NCBI GenBank assembly: GCA_964353125.1
Contig: CAYGUF010000007.1
Location: 28,671-92,670 of the forward strand
Source of the DNA: an uncultured Flavobacteriaceae bacterium
GTDB lineage: Bacteria > Bacteroidota > Bacteroidia > Flavobacteriales > Flavobacteriaceae
Direction of reading: 5' to 3'
Length of the DNA: 64,000 nt
A program made the position numbers and the translations under genes. The notes beneath the pieces are model-generated. The model worked only from the letters and a program-made list of their open reading frames with translations, did no database searches and was not told the DNA's origin. This document shows positions 19,024-28,900 of this stretch, piece after piece (the stretch's first letter is position 1; each line of letters starts with the position of its first letter).

Positions 19024-19917
19024 TTGAGTTATACAAAAGTAGTAGTGTCTAAACCCTCTTTAATCACAGATTTTAAAGAACTCACTAAAATGGGCTTATC
19101 CATCAGTGTTGTTTTTTCTTCTGTTGCTGGGTATTTGTTGGGTGCAGAAACTATAGACCTTAAAATTCTCTTCTTACTAATACTTGGCGGTTATTTTATG
19201 GTTGGAGCATCTAATGCCTATAACCAAATTATTGAACGCGATCTAGACAGCTTAATGGATCGAACTAAAAACAGACCTATCCCTGCTAGGCGTATGTCTG
19301 TAAATACCGCTTTTATTATAGCAACAGTATTTGCAATTTTAGGATTAACTATACTCTACATTATTAATCCTCAAACAGCAATGTATGGTGCTATATCTAT
19401 ATTTTTATACACTTGTGTTTATACGCCATTAAAAACAAAGACTCCACTAGCTGTTTTTGTTGGAGCTTTACCAGGTGCAATTCCGTTTTTATTAGGTTGG
19501 GTAGCTGCGCGTAATGATTTTGGTATAGAATCAGGAACGTTATTTGCAATTCAGTTTTTTTGGCAATTCCCACATTTTTGGGCAATAGGTTGGTTTTTGC
19601 ATCAAGATTATAAAAAAGGAGGCTTTTTTATGCTCCCAACAGGGAAGCCAGACAGAGGAACCTCAGTACAAATTATATTTTACAGTGTCTGGACAATTAT
19701 AGCATCTCTAATACCCGTATTAGGTTATACAGGAGACCTTAAAATTTCTATAGTTGGAGCAATATTAGTTTTTGTTGTTGGAATAGTGATGCTATATTAT
19801 GCCATAAAATTATTTAAAACACATAGTATTAAAGTAGCTAAACAATTAATGCTATCAAGTGTTTTTTATATTACGATGTTGCAAATTATATATGTTGCCG
19901 ATAAATTTTTGAGATAA
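19024..19917 (+). CDS. cyoE: Protoheme IX farnesyltransferase (heme O synthase)
   Basis: ASNAYNQIIERDLDSLMDRTKNRPIP, YTPLK, GALPGAIP, QFFWQFPHFWAI. Confidence 0.95.
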   Translation: MSYTKVVVSKPSLITDFKELTKMGLSISVVFSSVAGYLLGAETIDLKILFLLILGGYFMVGASNAYNQIIERDLDSLMDRTKNRPIPARRMSVNTAFIIATVFAILGLTILYIINPQTAMYGAISIFLYTCVYTPLKTKTPLAVFVGALPGAIPFLLGWVAARNDFGIESGTLFAIQFFWQFPHFWAIGWFLHQDYKKGGFFMLPTGKPDRGTSVQIIFYSVWTIIASLIPVLGYTGDLKISIVGAILVFVVGIVMLYYAIKLFKTHSIKVAKQLMLSSVFYITMLQIIYVADKFLR

Positions 19918-20508
19918 ATGGATTTAACACAAGGAACACCACAAGAAAAAAATGCACGTTCTAAAAAGATGATGCTTTGGTTTGGTATAGGGTCTTTAAT
20001 AATGTCATTTGCAGGCTTAACTAGTGCTTTTATTGTAAGTAGCAGACGCGAAGATTGGTTACACCATTTTGTAATGCCAAACGCATTTATTATAAGTATT
20101 TTTATAATTGTAGCAAGTAGTTTTTCATTCATTTTAGCAAAACGCGCCTTAATTCAGAATAAAAATAGCAACGTTATGTTATTTTTAGTAGTAACATTAG
20201 GGTTAGGTTTTGCATTTATTTTTAGCCAATTTCAAGGGTTTAATCAAATAATAGCACAAGGCTATAATTTTACAGGCCCAACCAGCAACATTACAATGAC
20301 CTTTATTTATTTAATAGCAATGTTGCACATAGGACACGTTATTGCTGGGCTAATAAGTATAATTGTTGTAATTTATAATCATTTTAAACAAAAGTATAAT
20401 ACCAACAATATGTTGGGTTTAGAACTCGCTGCTAATTTCTGGCATTTTGTAGATATACTTTGGCTTGTGCTCTTTTTGTTTTTATATTTTTTTAGATATA
20501 TAATTTGA
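19918..20508 (+). CDS. Cytochrome c oxidase subunit III family protein (short form)
   Basis: MSFAGLTSAF, LHIGHVIAG, FWHFVDILW. Confidence 0.88.
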   Translation: MDLTQGTPQEKNARSKKMMLWFGIGSLIMSFAGLTSAFIVSSRREDWLHHFVMPNAFIISIFIIVASSFSFILAKRALIQNKNSNVMLFLVVTLGLGFAFIFSQFQGFNQIIAQGYNFTGPTSNITMTFIYLIAMLHIGHVIAGLISIIVVIYNHFKQKYNTNNMLGLELAANFWHFVDILWLVLFLFLYFFRYII

Positions 20509-20545
20509 TTATTTTTGCACAATCATTAAATTTTAAATAAAATCT

Positions 20546-21550
20546 ATGGATACTACAGTAGAAAGCACTGGTACTGAAGGTAAAATTTGGGGTGGGGGCA
20601 ATGAGCCTCTAAAAGCTAGTTATGGGAAAATGATGATGTGGTTTTTCATCGTTTCTGATGCCTTAACATTTTCAGGTTTTTTAGCAGCTTATGGTTTTTC
20701 AAGATTTAAATTCATTAAAGAATGGCCAATTGCTGACGAAGTGTTTACACACGTGCCATTCATACATGATGGTGTAGATAGACCAATGATTTATGTGGCC
20801 TTCATGACGTTTATATTAATAATGTCTTCTGTAACCATGGTTTTAGCCGTAGATGCTGGGCATCACATGAACAAAGCAAAGGTTACTATTTATATGTTCC
20901 TTACAGTTATTGGTGGTGCAATATTTGTGGGTTCTCAAGCTTGGGAATGGGCAACATTTATTCAAGGCGATTATGGTGCAGTTCAAACTAAAGGGGGCAA
21001 TATTCTGCAGTTTGGCGAATATGTAACTGAAGATGGTGAGGAAAAATTTAAGCGTATATCTATTGATGATTTTGCAATTAAAGAAGAAAGCCACAGAGTA
21101 CAACACGAACGTAAAAATGGGCTTTGGTTTACCGAAGAAGCTTCATTACCACCATACTCAGTTAATGAAATTTATAATGGTTTAGCTGCACACGAAAATA
21201 TTTTAGTGCGCTCTCAGATTATTAATGAAGATGGTGAAAAAACCGTACTTTCTAGAGCCGAATCTTTAAAGCAAATTAAAACTAATGGTAAGTTAGTTGT
21301 TAAAGGTGCAAATCTTAAAGTCAACGAATATGGAACTTCACTTTTTGCAGATTTCTTTTTCTTCATTACAGGTTTTCACGGATTTCACGTTTTTTCTGGT
21401 GTGGTAATTAACATCATTATTTTCTTTAATGTGATTTTAGGAACTTATGAGCGTAGAGGAAGTTATGAAATGGTAGAAAAAGTAGGACTTTACTGGCACT
21501 TTGTAGATTTAGTTTGGGTATTTGTATTTACATTCTTTTACCTAGTTTAA
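20546..21550 (+). CDS. Cytochrome c oxidase subunit III family protein (long form with large soluble loop)
   Basis: WFFIVSDALTF, FFFITGFHGFHV, VGLYWHFVDLVWVFVF. Confidence 0.9.
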   Translation: MDTTVESTGTEGKIWGGGNEPLKASYGKMMMWFFIVSDALTFSGFLAAYGFSRFKFIKEWPIADEVFTHVPFIHDGVDRPMIYVAFMTFILIMSSVTMVLAVDAGHHMNKAKVTIYMFLTVIGGAIFVGSQAWEWATFIQGDYGAVQTKGGNILQFGEYVTEDGEEKFKRISIDDFAIKEESHRVQHERKNGLWFTEEASLPPYSVNEIYNGLAAHENILVRSQIINEDGEKTVLSRAESLKQIKTNGKLVVKGANLKVNEYGTSLFADFFFFITGFHGFHVFSGVVINIIIFFNVILGTYERRGSYEMVEKVGLYWHFVDLVWVFVFTFFYLV

Positions 21551-21570
21551 AAATAAGATTTTTCAAAAAC

Positions 21571-22017
21571 ATGGCACACGAACACAAATTAGAAATATTT
21601 AGAGGTTTAGTAAAATTTAAATCTAATACCAGCAAAATTTGGGGAGTTTTACTTTTCTTAACAATTGTTACAGCTGTAGAAGTTGTATTAGGTATTTACA
21701 AACCAGATATATTAATGCATATATGGATGGAACCATTTGAAGGTGGCTTCTTTGCAACTCTAGGGAATATTATATTTTCACCAATTGTTTATATGAAGCC
21801 TTTAAATTTAATATTTATAGTGCTTACAATTGTAAAAGCCTATTACATTACTTGGGATTTTATGCACATGCGTGATGAAACAGGAAGTTTAAGAAAAATG
21901 GTAGTTTGGACTGCAGTTTTCTTAATATGTTATTTAGTTTTTATACTGCTACAAGAAGGTGGTTATGTATTTGGAGTATACAATGCAGAAGACGCTATAA
22001 TTAAGCGTGATTTTTAA
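21571..22017 (+). CDS. Cytochrome c oxidase subunit IV family protein (ATG 21571 preferred over 21514)
   Basis: LTIVTAVEV, LTIVKAYYITWDFMHMRDE; follows the coxIII genes. Confidence 0.82.
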   Translation: MAHEHKLEIFRGLVKFKSNTSKIWGVLLFLTIVTAVEVVLGIYKPDILMHIWMEPFEGGFFATLGNIIFSPIVYMKPLNLIFIVLTIVKAYYITWDFMHMRDETGSLRKMVVWTAVFLICYLVFILLQEGGYVFGVYNAEDAIIKRDF

Positions 22018-22065
22018 TATTAAGGCATATAATTAACACATCGTTTAGTTGTGTTAAATCCTTAC

Positions 22066-22096
22066 AAAAAAGGTGGTTTTTAAAACCACCTTTTTT
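22066..22096 (+). terminator. Intrinsic terminator after coxIV
   Basis: AAAAAAGGTGGTTT-tt-AAACCACCTTTTTT perfect hairpin; a second palindrome TTAACACA..TGTGTTAA lies just upstream. Confidence 0.85.
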
Positions 22097-22107
22097 ATTT
22101 TTGTATT

Positions 22108-22806
22108 ATGGAAATAAGTAACAGGAAGCGCAACTTTGTTTTAAGTATTTTATTTTTTCTACCAGTAGCATTTGTTATAATAATGTTACTATCAAAAGAC
22201 AATTATAATACTTTAGATATTGTTAAAACTGAAGTCCAAGAACTACCAAATAATGAAGCCAATATTACATTAGATGGGCATATTACCGTATTATCCTTTT
22301 TAGGAAGAAATCCTTATGATAATGCCACTTCTGCACTTAATCTAAAAGAACTTGTATATGATAGGTGCAAAGGTTTTAAAACATTTCAAGTTATTGCATT
22401 GGTCCCGTTTGAGGCTAAATCCGAAGCAGAAAAACTTCTAAAAGAAATAAAATCCTATGAAGACTTAAGATTTTGGCATTTTGTATATGCAGAAGATTTT
22501 GATATTTTATCGGTTTTTAGCAGTTTAAAATCGGATACAAACTTAGATGGAAACTTAGCAACCACTAAAGTTTTTATAGTAGATAGAGATAAAAACCAAC
22601 GTGGAAGATTAGATGATAGAACCGATAAAGAAATAGAAAAGCAACACCTTGTTTATGGACTTTACAATTACAACTGTGTAGAAGTTGCCGAGCTTAAAAA
22701 CAAAATGTCTGCTGAAGATATGCGTATTCTTTTCACAGAGTACCGACAAAAACGCAAAGGTAAGTTTGATAATTCTAACAACAGACGTGCTAAAGATTTA
22801 AAGTAA
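22108..22806 (+). CDS. Membrane-anchored hypothetical protein, SCO/thioredoxin-like without the CxxxC motif
   Basis: One N-terminal TM; ITVLSFLG, FWHF and VFIVDRDKNQRG parallel the adjacent SCO segments YVVEFFF, NWHL and FALIDKNGFIR. Confidence 0.6.
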   Translation: MEISNRKRNFVLSILFFLPVAFVIIMLLSKDNYNTLDIVKTEVQELPNNEANITLDGHITVLSFLGRNPYDNATSALNLKELVYDRCKGFKTFQVIALVPFEAKSEAEKLLKEIKSYEDLRFWHFVYAEDFDILSVFSSLKSDTNLDGNLATTKVFIVDRDKNQRGRLDDRTDKEIEKQHLVYGLYNYNCVEVAELKNKMSAEDMRILFTEYRQKRKGKFDNSNNRRAKDLK

Positions 22807-22809
22807 ATT

Positions 22810-23559
22810 ATGGCTAAAAAAACCAATTATTCCTACGTAGGTGTAGTATTTATCATCTTAGTTTTCGGAATTATATTCATCCCAAAAATTATAGACAGGG
22901 TTGGCTCTGGTGACATTACTAGGGCAGATGAAAGCAGAAGTAATAACGCTTCTAATGCTAAAAAAAACACCCTTTCAGATTTAGAGTTTATAAACATCAA
23001 TGGTGTTCCCAAAAAAGTACCCGCATTTAGTTTTACAAATCAAGACGGCCAGTTAATAACAGAACATTCTTATTTAGGAAAAGTATATGTGGTTGAATTT
23101 TTCTTTACAACCTGCCCTACCATTTGCCCAAGAATGAATCGTAATCTTATTCAAATTCAAAAAACTTTTGAAAACAACAAGAATTTTGGTGTGGCTTCAT
23201 TTACCATAACACCAGAAATTGATATACCACAAGTTTTAAAAGCTTATGCAAACACTTATGGCGTAACAAACCCAAACTGGCACTTAATGACGGGTGATAA
23301 AACTGCAATTTTAAACCTAGCCAATGTAGGTTTTATGATTTATGCTGGAGAAGATACAGATGCAGAAGGTGGCATGGCGCATTCCGGCAATTTTGCGCTG
23401 ATAGACAAAAACGGATTTATCCGTTCTCGCAAAGATGCTTTTGGCAATCCTAAAATATTTTATAAAGGAATTGTTAGTGAAGCAGAGCAAGTAGAAGACG
23501 GAGAAACCGAAGAAATTTCAATATTAAAAGAAGATATTGCTAAACTATTAAAAGAATAA
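22810..23559 (+). CDS. SCO1/SenC-family copper chaperone
   Basis: FSFTNQDG, FFFTTCPTICP (CxxxC), HSGNFALID. Confidence 0.92.
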   Translation: MAKKTNYSYVGVVFIILVFGIIFIPKIIDRVGSGDITRADESRSNNASNAKKNTLSDLEFININGVPKKVPAFSFTNQDGQLITEHSYLGKVYVVEFFFTTCPTICPRMNRNLIQIQKTFENNKNFGVASFTITPEIDIPQVLKAYANTYGVTNPNWHLMTGDKTAILNLANVGFMIYAGEDTDAEGGMAHSGNFALIDKNGFIRSRKDAFGNPKIFYKGIVSEAEQVEDGETEEISILKEDIAKLLKE

Positions 23560-23562
23560 ATT

Positions 23563-24105
23563 ATGAGTGCAGTAGAGTTAAAAGACGAAAAAAAATACAA
23601 TATATGGATTGTTATTTTAGCCATTGTAATCCCTATTGTTGTGGCAATATTATCACGTGTCAAGCTTCAAGACTTTGGTATTAATGTAGCACCTTTAAAT
23701 TTTTTACCACCAATCTATGCCTTTATTAATGGGTTAACGGCTGCGGTTTTAATTTTAGCTGTAATAGCCATAAAAAAGAAAAACAGAAAACTCCACGAAC
23801 GTTTAATGAAATTTGCCATTGTACTTTCGGTGTCATTTTTAGTAATGTATGTGGCGTATCATATGACAAGTGATTCTGCTAAATATGGTGGGGAAGGAGT
23901 TATAAAATATCTGTATTATTTCATATTAATATCTCACATTCTACTATCTATAGTTATAATTCCTTTCGTATTAATTACGTATGTCCGCGCCATCACAAAT
24001 AATATAGAACGTCATAAAAAAATTGCAAAAATTACTTTTCCAATGTGGTTATACGTTGCAGTTACTGGTGTTATAGTATATCTTATGATTTCACCATATT
24101 ATTAA
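23563..24105 (+). CDS. DUF420-family membrane protein
   Basis: AFINGLTA, LHERLM, FLVMYVAYH, ILISHILLS, RHKKIAKITFPMWLYVAVTGVIVY. Confidence 0.88.
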   Translation: MSAVELKDEKKYNIWIVILAIVIPIVVAILSRVKLQDFGINVAPLNFLPPIYAFINGLTAAVLILAVIAIKKKNRKLHERLMKFAIVLSVSFLVMYVAYHMTSDSAKYGGEGVIKYLYYFILISHILLSIVIIPFVLITYVRAITNNIERHKKIAKITFPMWLYVAVTGVIVYLMISPYY

Positions 24106-24108
24106 AAA

Positions 24109-24333
24109 ATGAAAAGCAGAGTACTAATCATTATTTTTTTAGTAATCATTACCTTAAAAAGTAATGCACAATGTGCTATGTGTAGAGCCGTATTAGAAGG
24201 TGAGGAAGGTCAAGGTACTGCGCAAGGTATTAATGATGGTATTGTGTATCTAATGGTTATTCCGTATGTATTAGTTTTCGGAATTGCTTTCTTCATATAC
24301 AAAAAATACAATACAACAACAAAATCAAATTAA
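24109..24333 (+). CDS. Small membrane-anchored exported protein with AQCAMC motif
   Basis: 74 aa: signal peptide, QCAMCRA, GINDGIVYLM TM segment, basic tail. Confidence 0.75.
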   Translation: MKSRVLIIIFLVIITLKSNAQCAMCRAVLEGEEGQGTAQGINDGIVYLMVIPYVLVFGIAFFIYKKYNTTTKSN

Positions 24334-24345
24334 ATACAGCTTTTG

Positions 24346-24371
24346 TGTAACATATTTAGTTTTAAGTCGTC
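24346..24371 (+). promoter_or_regulatory. Candidate ECF-sigma promoter for the ABC exporter operon
   Basis: TGTAAC (24346-24351) - N16 - CGTC (24368-24371). Confidence 0.6.
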
Positions 24372-24466
24372 TTAATATTATAGAGCATCTTAATTAGTCT
24401 TAACAATTTATTGGGACGTTTTAGTTTAAGATATTCTTAAAATTGTGGACGCTAATTAACCTAACT

Positions 24467-25168
24467 ATGATTAACATATCCAATTTGCATAAGTCTTATC
24501 ACATGGGTAACAATTCGTTACACGTGTTAAAAGGCATTAATTTTAAAGTTAAAGAAGGAGAATTAGTTTCTATAATGGGGTCTTCCGGGTCTGGTAAATC
24601 TACACTTCTAAATATTTTAGGAATGTTAGACGAAGCAGATGTAGGAGATTATATTCTAGATAATGTACCCATTAAAAACCTAAACGAAAAAGTAGCTGCC
24701 AAATATAGAAATCAATTCCTAGGCTTTATTTTTCAATCGTTCAACCTTATTAATTATAAAAGCGCATTAGACAATGTGTCTATGCCGCTTTATTACAAAG
24801 GTGTAAAACGAAAAGAACGTACCGAAAAAGCCATGCATTATCTTGAAAAAGTTGGCTTAGCAGATTGGTCGCATCATTTACCTAGTGAATTATCTGGTGG
24901 TCAAAAACAACGTGTTGCTATAGCAAGAGCATTAGCAAGTGAACCAAAAGTTTTATTAGCAGATGAGCCAACAGGTGCTTTAGATACCAAAACTTCGTAT
25001 GAGGTTATGGAACTTATACAGGGTATTAATGACGAGGGTAAAACAATTTTAATAGTAACCCATGAGCCAGATATTGCGCAAATGACCAAGCGAATTGTAA
25101 ACCTTAAAGATGGCCTTATAATAAACGACAGTAAAGTAGAACAAGTAAGAGCCTCGATACATGTTTAA
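24467..25168 (+). CDS. ABC transporter ATP-binding protein (MacB/LolD type); ATG 24467 preferred
   Basis: GSSGSGKST, LSGGQKQRVAIARAL, LLADEPTGALD, VTHE. Confidence 0.94.
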   Translation: MINISNLHKSYHMGNNSLHVLKGINFKVKEGELVSIMGSSGSGKSTLLNILGMLDEADVGDYILDNVPIKNLNEKVAAKYRNQFLGFIFQSFNLINYKSALDNVSMPLYYKGVKRKERTEKAMHYLEKVGLADWSHHLPSELSGGQKQRVAIARALASEPKVLLADEPTGALDTKTSYEVMELIQGINDEGKTILIVTHEPDIAQMTKRIVNLKDGLIINDSKVEQVRASIHV

Positions 25169-26405
25169 TATAGAGCGTTGGCAGGAAATATTTGAAACTC
25201 TAAGCAAAAATAAATTACGTACGTTTCTTACAGGATTATCCGTATTTTTTGGAATATTTATTTTGGTAATACTACTAGGTGTAAGTAAAGGCATAGAAAA
25301 CGGAGTAAAATCCCAGTTTGAGCAAGATGCCACCAATCTAATTACGGTTTGGACAGGTGTTACCACAAAAAGTTATAAAGGCTTAAATCCAGGACGATAT
25401 ATACAAATGAAAAATAGCAATTTTAACGCTATTTCTAAAAAATATGAAGATTATATTGAGTACGAATCTTCAATTTATTCAATATGGGGTGCGCAAATTA
25501 CCTACAAAAATGAATCTGTAAACTACAGGGTTAGAGGTACTATGCCAGATCATCAGTTTATAGAAAATGCAGATATCATTTCAGGTAGATATGTAAATTT
25601 TTCAGATTTAGATGATAAACGAAAAGTTGCAGTTATTGGAAATCGATTAAAGCAAGATTTATTTAAAAACGAAGACCCAATTAACAAAAACATACAAATC
25701 TTTGGTGTGAGTTTTAAAGTTATAGGTGTTTTTACAGATCCTGGAGGAGAACGTGAAGAGCAGCAAGCCTACATTCCGCTTACTACTTCTCAACAAGTAT
25801 TCAATGCTGGGGATAATATTAGAAATTTATTGTACACGGTTAAAATGTCTGATAATTTTGACGAAGCAGTAGCGCTATCAAAAGGCATGTCTACTGCTAT
25901 AGAAGCAGATCTAAAATCTATACACACCGTTTCTCCAGACGATACTAGCGCCATACGCGTATTTAATACCTTGGAAGAAGCCAAACAAATATATGGTCTC
26001 ATAGCCATGATACAAGCTGTGTTTTGGTTTGTAGGTATCGGTACAATAATAGCAGGCATTGTTGGTGTAGGTAACATTATGCTAATTATTGTTAAAGAAC
26101 GCACAAAAGAAATTGGTATAAGAAAAGCATTGGGTGCATTACCATTATCCATTGTTGGTATGATTTTACAAGAAGCCATTTTTGTAACCATGTTTGCAGG
26201 TTTATTTGGTCTAATTTTAGGACTTGGTTTATTAGAACTTGCAGGTCCAAATATTGAAAGTGATTTTATAAAATACCCTCAAGTAGATTTTAAAATAGCA
26301 CTTACCACAGTATTTTTATTAGTATTTTCTGGTGCTTTAGCAGGTTTTATTCCAGCTTATCGTGCAGCAAAAATAAAACCAATTGTAGCACTAAGAAACG
26401 AATAG
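25161..26405 (+). CDS. ABC permease, MacB/FtsX family
   Basis: NKLRTFLTGL, large periplasmic domain, GVGNIMLIIVKERTKEIGIRKALGA, PAYRAAKIKPIVALR. Confidence 0.92.
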   Translation: MFNIERWQEIFETLSKNKLRTFLTGLSVFFGIFILVILLGVSKGIENGVKSQFEQDATNLITVWTGVTTKSYKGLNPGRYIQMKNSNFNAISKKYEDYIEYESSIYSIWGAQITYKNESVNYRVRGTMPDHQFIENADIISGRYVNFSDLDDKRKVAVIGNRLKQDLFKNEDPINKNIQIFGVSFKVIGVFTDPGGEREEQQAYIPLTTSQQVFNAGDNIRNLLYTVKMSDNFDEAVALSKGMSTAIEADLKSIHTVSPDDTSAIRVFNTLEEAKQIYGLIAMIQAVFWFVGIGTIIAGIVGVGNIMLIIVKERTKEIGIRKALGALPLSIVGMILQEAIFVTMFAGLFGLILGLGLLELAGPNIESDFIKYPQVDFKIALTTVFLLVFSGALAGFIPAYRAAKIKPIVALRNE

Positions 26406-26406
26406 T

Positions 26407-27666
26407 ATGTTTAGCAAAGACCGTTGGGACGAGATTTTAGAAGCTTTAAATGCAAACAAACTTAGAACTGCTTTAACAGCATTTGGCGTAGCTTGGGGCA
26501 TATTTATACTCGTAGTATTATTAGCGCTTACAAATGGCTTAAAAAATGGAGTTTTAAAAGATTTTGGTGATTTTGCTACCAACTCAATGTTTATGTGGAC
26601 ACAAGGCACTTCTAAGCCTTATAAAGGTTTGCCAAAAGGACGGTATTTTAATTATAAAATAGATGACGTAGCGGCTATAAAATCGGAAGTCACAAACTTA
26701 AAATATGTATCACCAAGAAATCAATTAGGTGGTTTTAGAGGAAATAACAATGTAACAAGAGGTACAAAAACAGGTGCTTTTGAAATCTATGGTGATTATC
26801 CAGAATATATAAAACAGCAACCATTAGATATTCTTCAAGGACGATTTATCAGTTATTCAGATATAGACGCAAAACGAAAAGTATGTGTTATTGGAACAGG
26901 TGTTGTAAAAGGGCTTTATGATAAAGGTGAAGGCATATTAGGCTCCTATATTAAAATAAATGGTATTAACTTTTTGGTTGTTGGTACCTTTAAAACTAAT
27001 AATAGTCAAGGTAATGGAGAGCAAGAAGCAAGTACAATATACACACCATTTACAACCTTCGGGCAAGCATTTAATAGAGGTGATAGTGTAGGATGGATGG
27101 CAATTACAGCTATAGACGGTATTCCAATCACCACCATTAAACAACAGGTTTTCGACTTAATGAAATCTAGACACAGAGTGCATCCAGAAGACGATAGAGC
27201 TATAGGTCATTTTGATTTATCCGAACAATTTGAGCGCGTAAGTGGCTTATTTGCAATACTCGCATTTGTAGGCTATTTTGTTGGTGTACTGGTCTTAGCC
27301 TCAGGTATTATAGGCATTAATAATATTATGCTCATTGTTGTAAAAGAGCGTACAAAAGAAATTGGTGTACGAAGAGCATTAGGAGCTTCACCATGGATGA
27401 TTAAAGGACAAATACTACAAGAAAGCTTAGTACTTACAATTTTATCTGGTATGGTTGGAGTTACTTTTGCGGCATTTATAGTATGGGCAATCAATAAAAT
27501 TTTAGATAGTGCTGGTGAGGTAGAAAATTTTGCCAATCCAAGCGTAGATATTTCAGTAATCATAACCGCATTAATAATTTTAATAGTTTCAGGGTTGTTG
27601 GCAGGCTTAATACCCGCAAATAGCGCCACAAAAATGAAACCAGTAGATGCTTTAAGAATAGAATAA
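26407..27666 (+). CDS. ABC permease, MacB/FtsX family (second)
   Basis: NKLRTALTAFG, GINNIMLIVVKERTKEIGVRRALGA, KPVDALR. Confidence 0.92.
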   Translation: MFSKDRWDEILEALNANKLRTALTAFGVAWGIFILVVLLALTNGLKNGVLKDFGDFATNSMFMWTQGTSKPYKGLPKGRYFNYKIDDVAAIKSEVTNLKYVSPRNQLGGFRGNNNVTRGTKTGAFEIYGDYPEYIKQQPLDILQGRFISYSDIDAKRKVCVIGTGVVKGLYDKGEGILGSYIKINGINFLVVGTFKTNNSQGNGEQEASTIYTPFTTFGQAFNRGDSVGWMAITAIDGIPITTIKQQVFDLMKSRHRVHPEDDRAIGHFDLSEQFERVSGLFAILAFVGYFVGVLVLASGIIGINNIMLIVVKERTKEIGVRRALGASPWMIKGQILQESLVLTILSGMVGVTFAAFIVWAINKILDSAGEVENFANPSVDISVIITALIILIVSGLLAGLIPANSATKMKPVDALRIE

Positions 27667-27685
27667 TTGATATAATAATATACTC

Positions 27686-28849
27686 ATGAAAAGAACACGA
27701 ACAGTCATCATCTTACTCGTAATCGTATTTGGCTTCTTTGGAGCCCTATATTTCTTCTGGTTAAAAGGTCAGGAAGATCCTATAAAATACACATCAGAAA
27801 CTCCATCTGAGCAAACTATTGTTGTAAAAACAGTAGCAACGGGGAGCATAGTGCCAAAAGAAGAAGTGCTTATTAAACCAAACATTTCTGGTGTAGTAGA
27901 AGCCGTTTTTGTTGAAGCTGGCGAATATGTAAAACAAGGTGATCTTATTGCTCAGATTAGAGTAATTCCAAATGTATCAAATCTAACAAGTGCCAAAAAT
28001 AATATTGCTAGCAATACCAATGCATTGCAAACTGCAGAGATTAATTTTAAAACTCAAAAAGCAATCTACGACCGTCAGAAAGAATTATTTGACAAAGGTG
28101 TAATTGCAGCCAACGAGTTTGACCAAGTAAACAATACGTTTTTACAAGCCAAACAAAGTGTAGAGCAAGCCAGAATTAACGTTACGCAATCGCGCCAAAA
28201 CTATGATATCATTAAAACCGGTACAACATCTGGTCTTGGTAATGTGGCGCAAACACAGGTTAGAGCAACAGTTTCTGGGATGGTTTTAGATGTCCCTGTA
28301 AAGGCAGGAAACCAAGTTATTGAAGCTAATAATTTTAACGAAGGTACATCAATAGCGTCATTAGCAGATGTAACGCAAATGATTTTTGAAGGCAAAGTAG
28401 ATGAAAGTGAAGTTGGTAAAATAAACGAAGGCTTACCTTTAGAAATAAGCGTTGGTGCAATAGAAGATAAAACTTTCGATGCTGTATTAGACTATATAGC
28501 ACCAAAGGGTGTTGCAGAAAACGGTGCTATTCAATTTGAAATAAAAGGCACGCTTCAAAAAATAGATTCCACATTTATTAGAGCGGGTTTAAGCGCAAAC
28601 GCCTCAATTATTTTACAAAAAGCAGAAAAAGTTTTGGCAATAAAAGAAGCTTTAGTTCAGTATGATACTGATACAAAAAAGCCATTTGTAGAGTTAGAAA
28701 TTGGAGATCAAAAATTTGAACGTAAAGACATAGAAATTGGCATTAGCGATGGTATTTTTGTTGAAATTAAAAAAGGAATTACTAAAGACGATAAAATTAA
28801 AGTTTGGAACCAAGTACAAGCATTACCAGATTATAATAACGGAAATTAA
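27686..28849 (+). CDS. Efflux periplasmic adaptor (MacA/HlyD family)
   Basis: N-terminal TM, ATGSIVP..V.IKPNISG, coiled-coil hairpin, VDESEVG. Confidence 0.9.
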   Translation: MKRTRTVIILLVIVFGFFGALYFFWLKGQEDPIKYTSETPSEQTIVVKTVATGSIVPKEEVLIKPNISGVVEAVFVEAGEYVKQGDLIAQIRVIPNVSNLTSAKNNIASNTNALQTAEINFKTQKAIYDRQKELFDKGVIAANEFDQVNNTFLQAKQSVEQARINVTQSRQNYDIIKTGTTSGLGNVAQTQVRATVSGMVLDVPVKAGNQVIEANNFNEGTSIASLADVTQMIFEGKVDESEVGKINEGLPLEISVGAIEDKTFDAVLDYIAPKGVAENGAIQFEIKGTLQKIDSTFIRAGLSANASIILQKAEKVLAIKEALVQYDTDTKKPFVELEIGDQKFERKDIEIGISDGIFVEIKKGITKDDKIKVWNQVQALPDYNNGN

Positions 28850-28860
28850 TTGCAGTATTT

Positions 28861-28886
28861 TGTAACAAACTAAGATATCCCTAGAC
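28861..28886 (+). promoter_or_regulatory. Candidate ECF-sigma promoter for tolC
   Basis: TGTAAC (28861-28866) - N16 - AGAC (28883-28886); same geometry as the 24346 motif, ends 14 nt before the tolC ATG. Confidence 0.5.
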
Positions 28887-28900
28887 TTATAACATATATT

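Noticed and set aside
19918-21550. Two coxIII-like genes, one with a large soluble loop, and no coxI/II nearby
   Set aside because: As I recall, this split layout is the usual Flavobacteriaceae arrangement.
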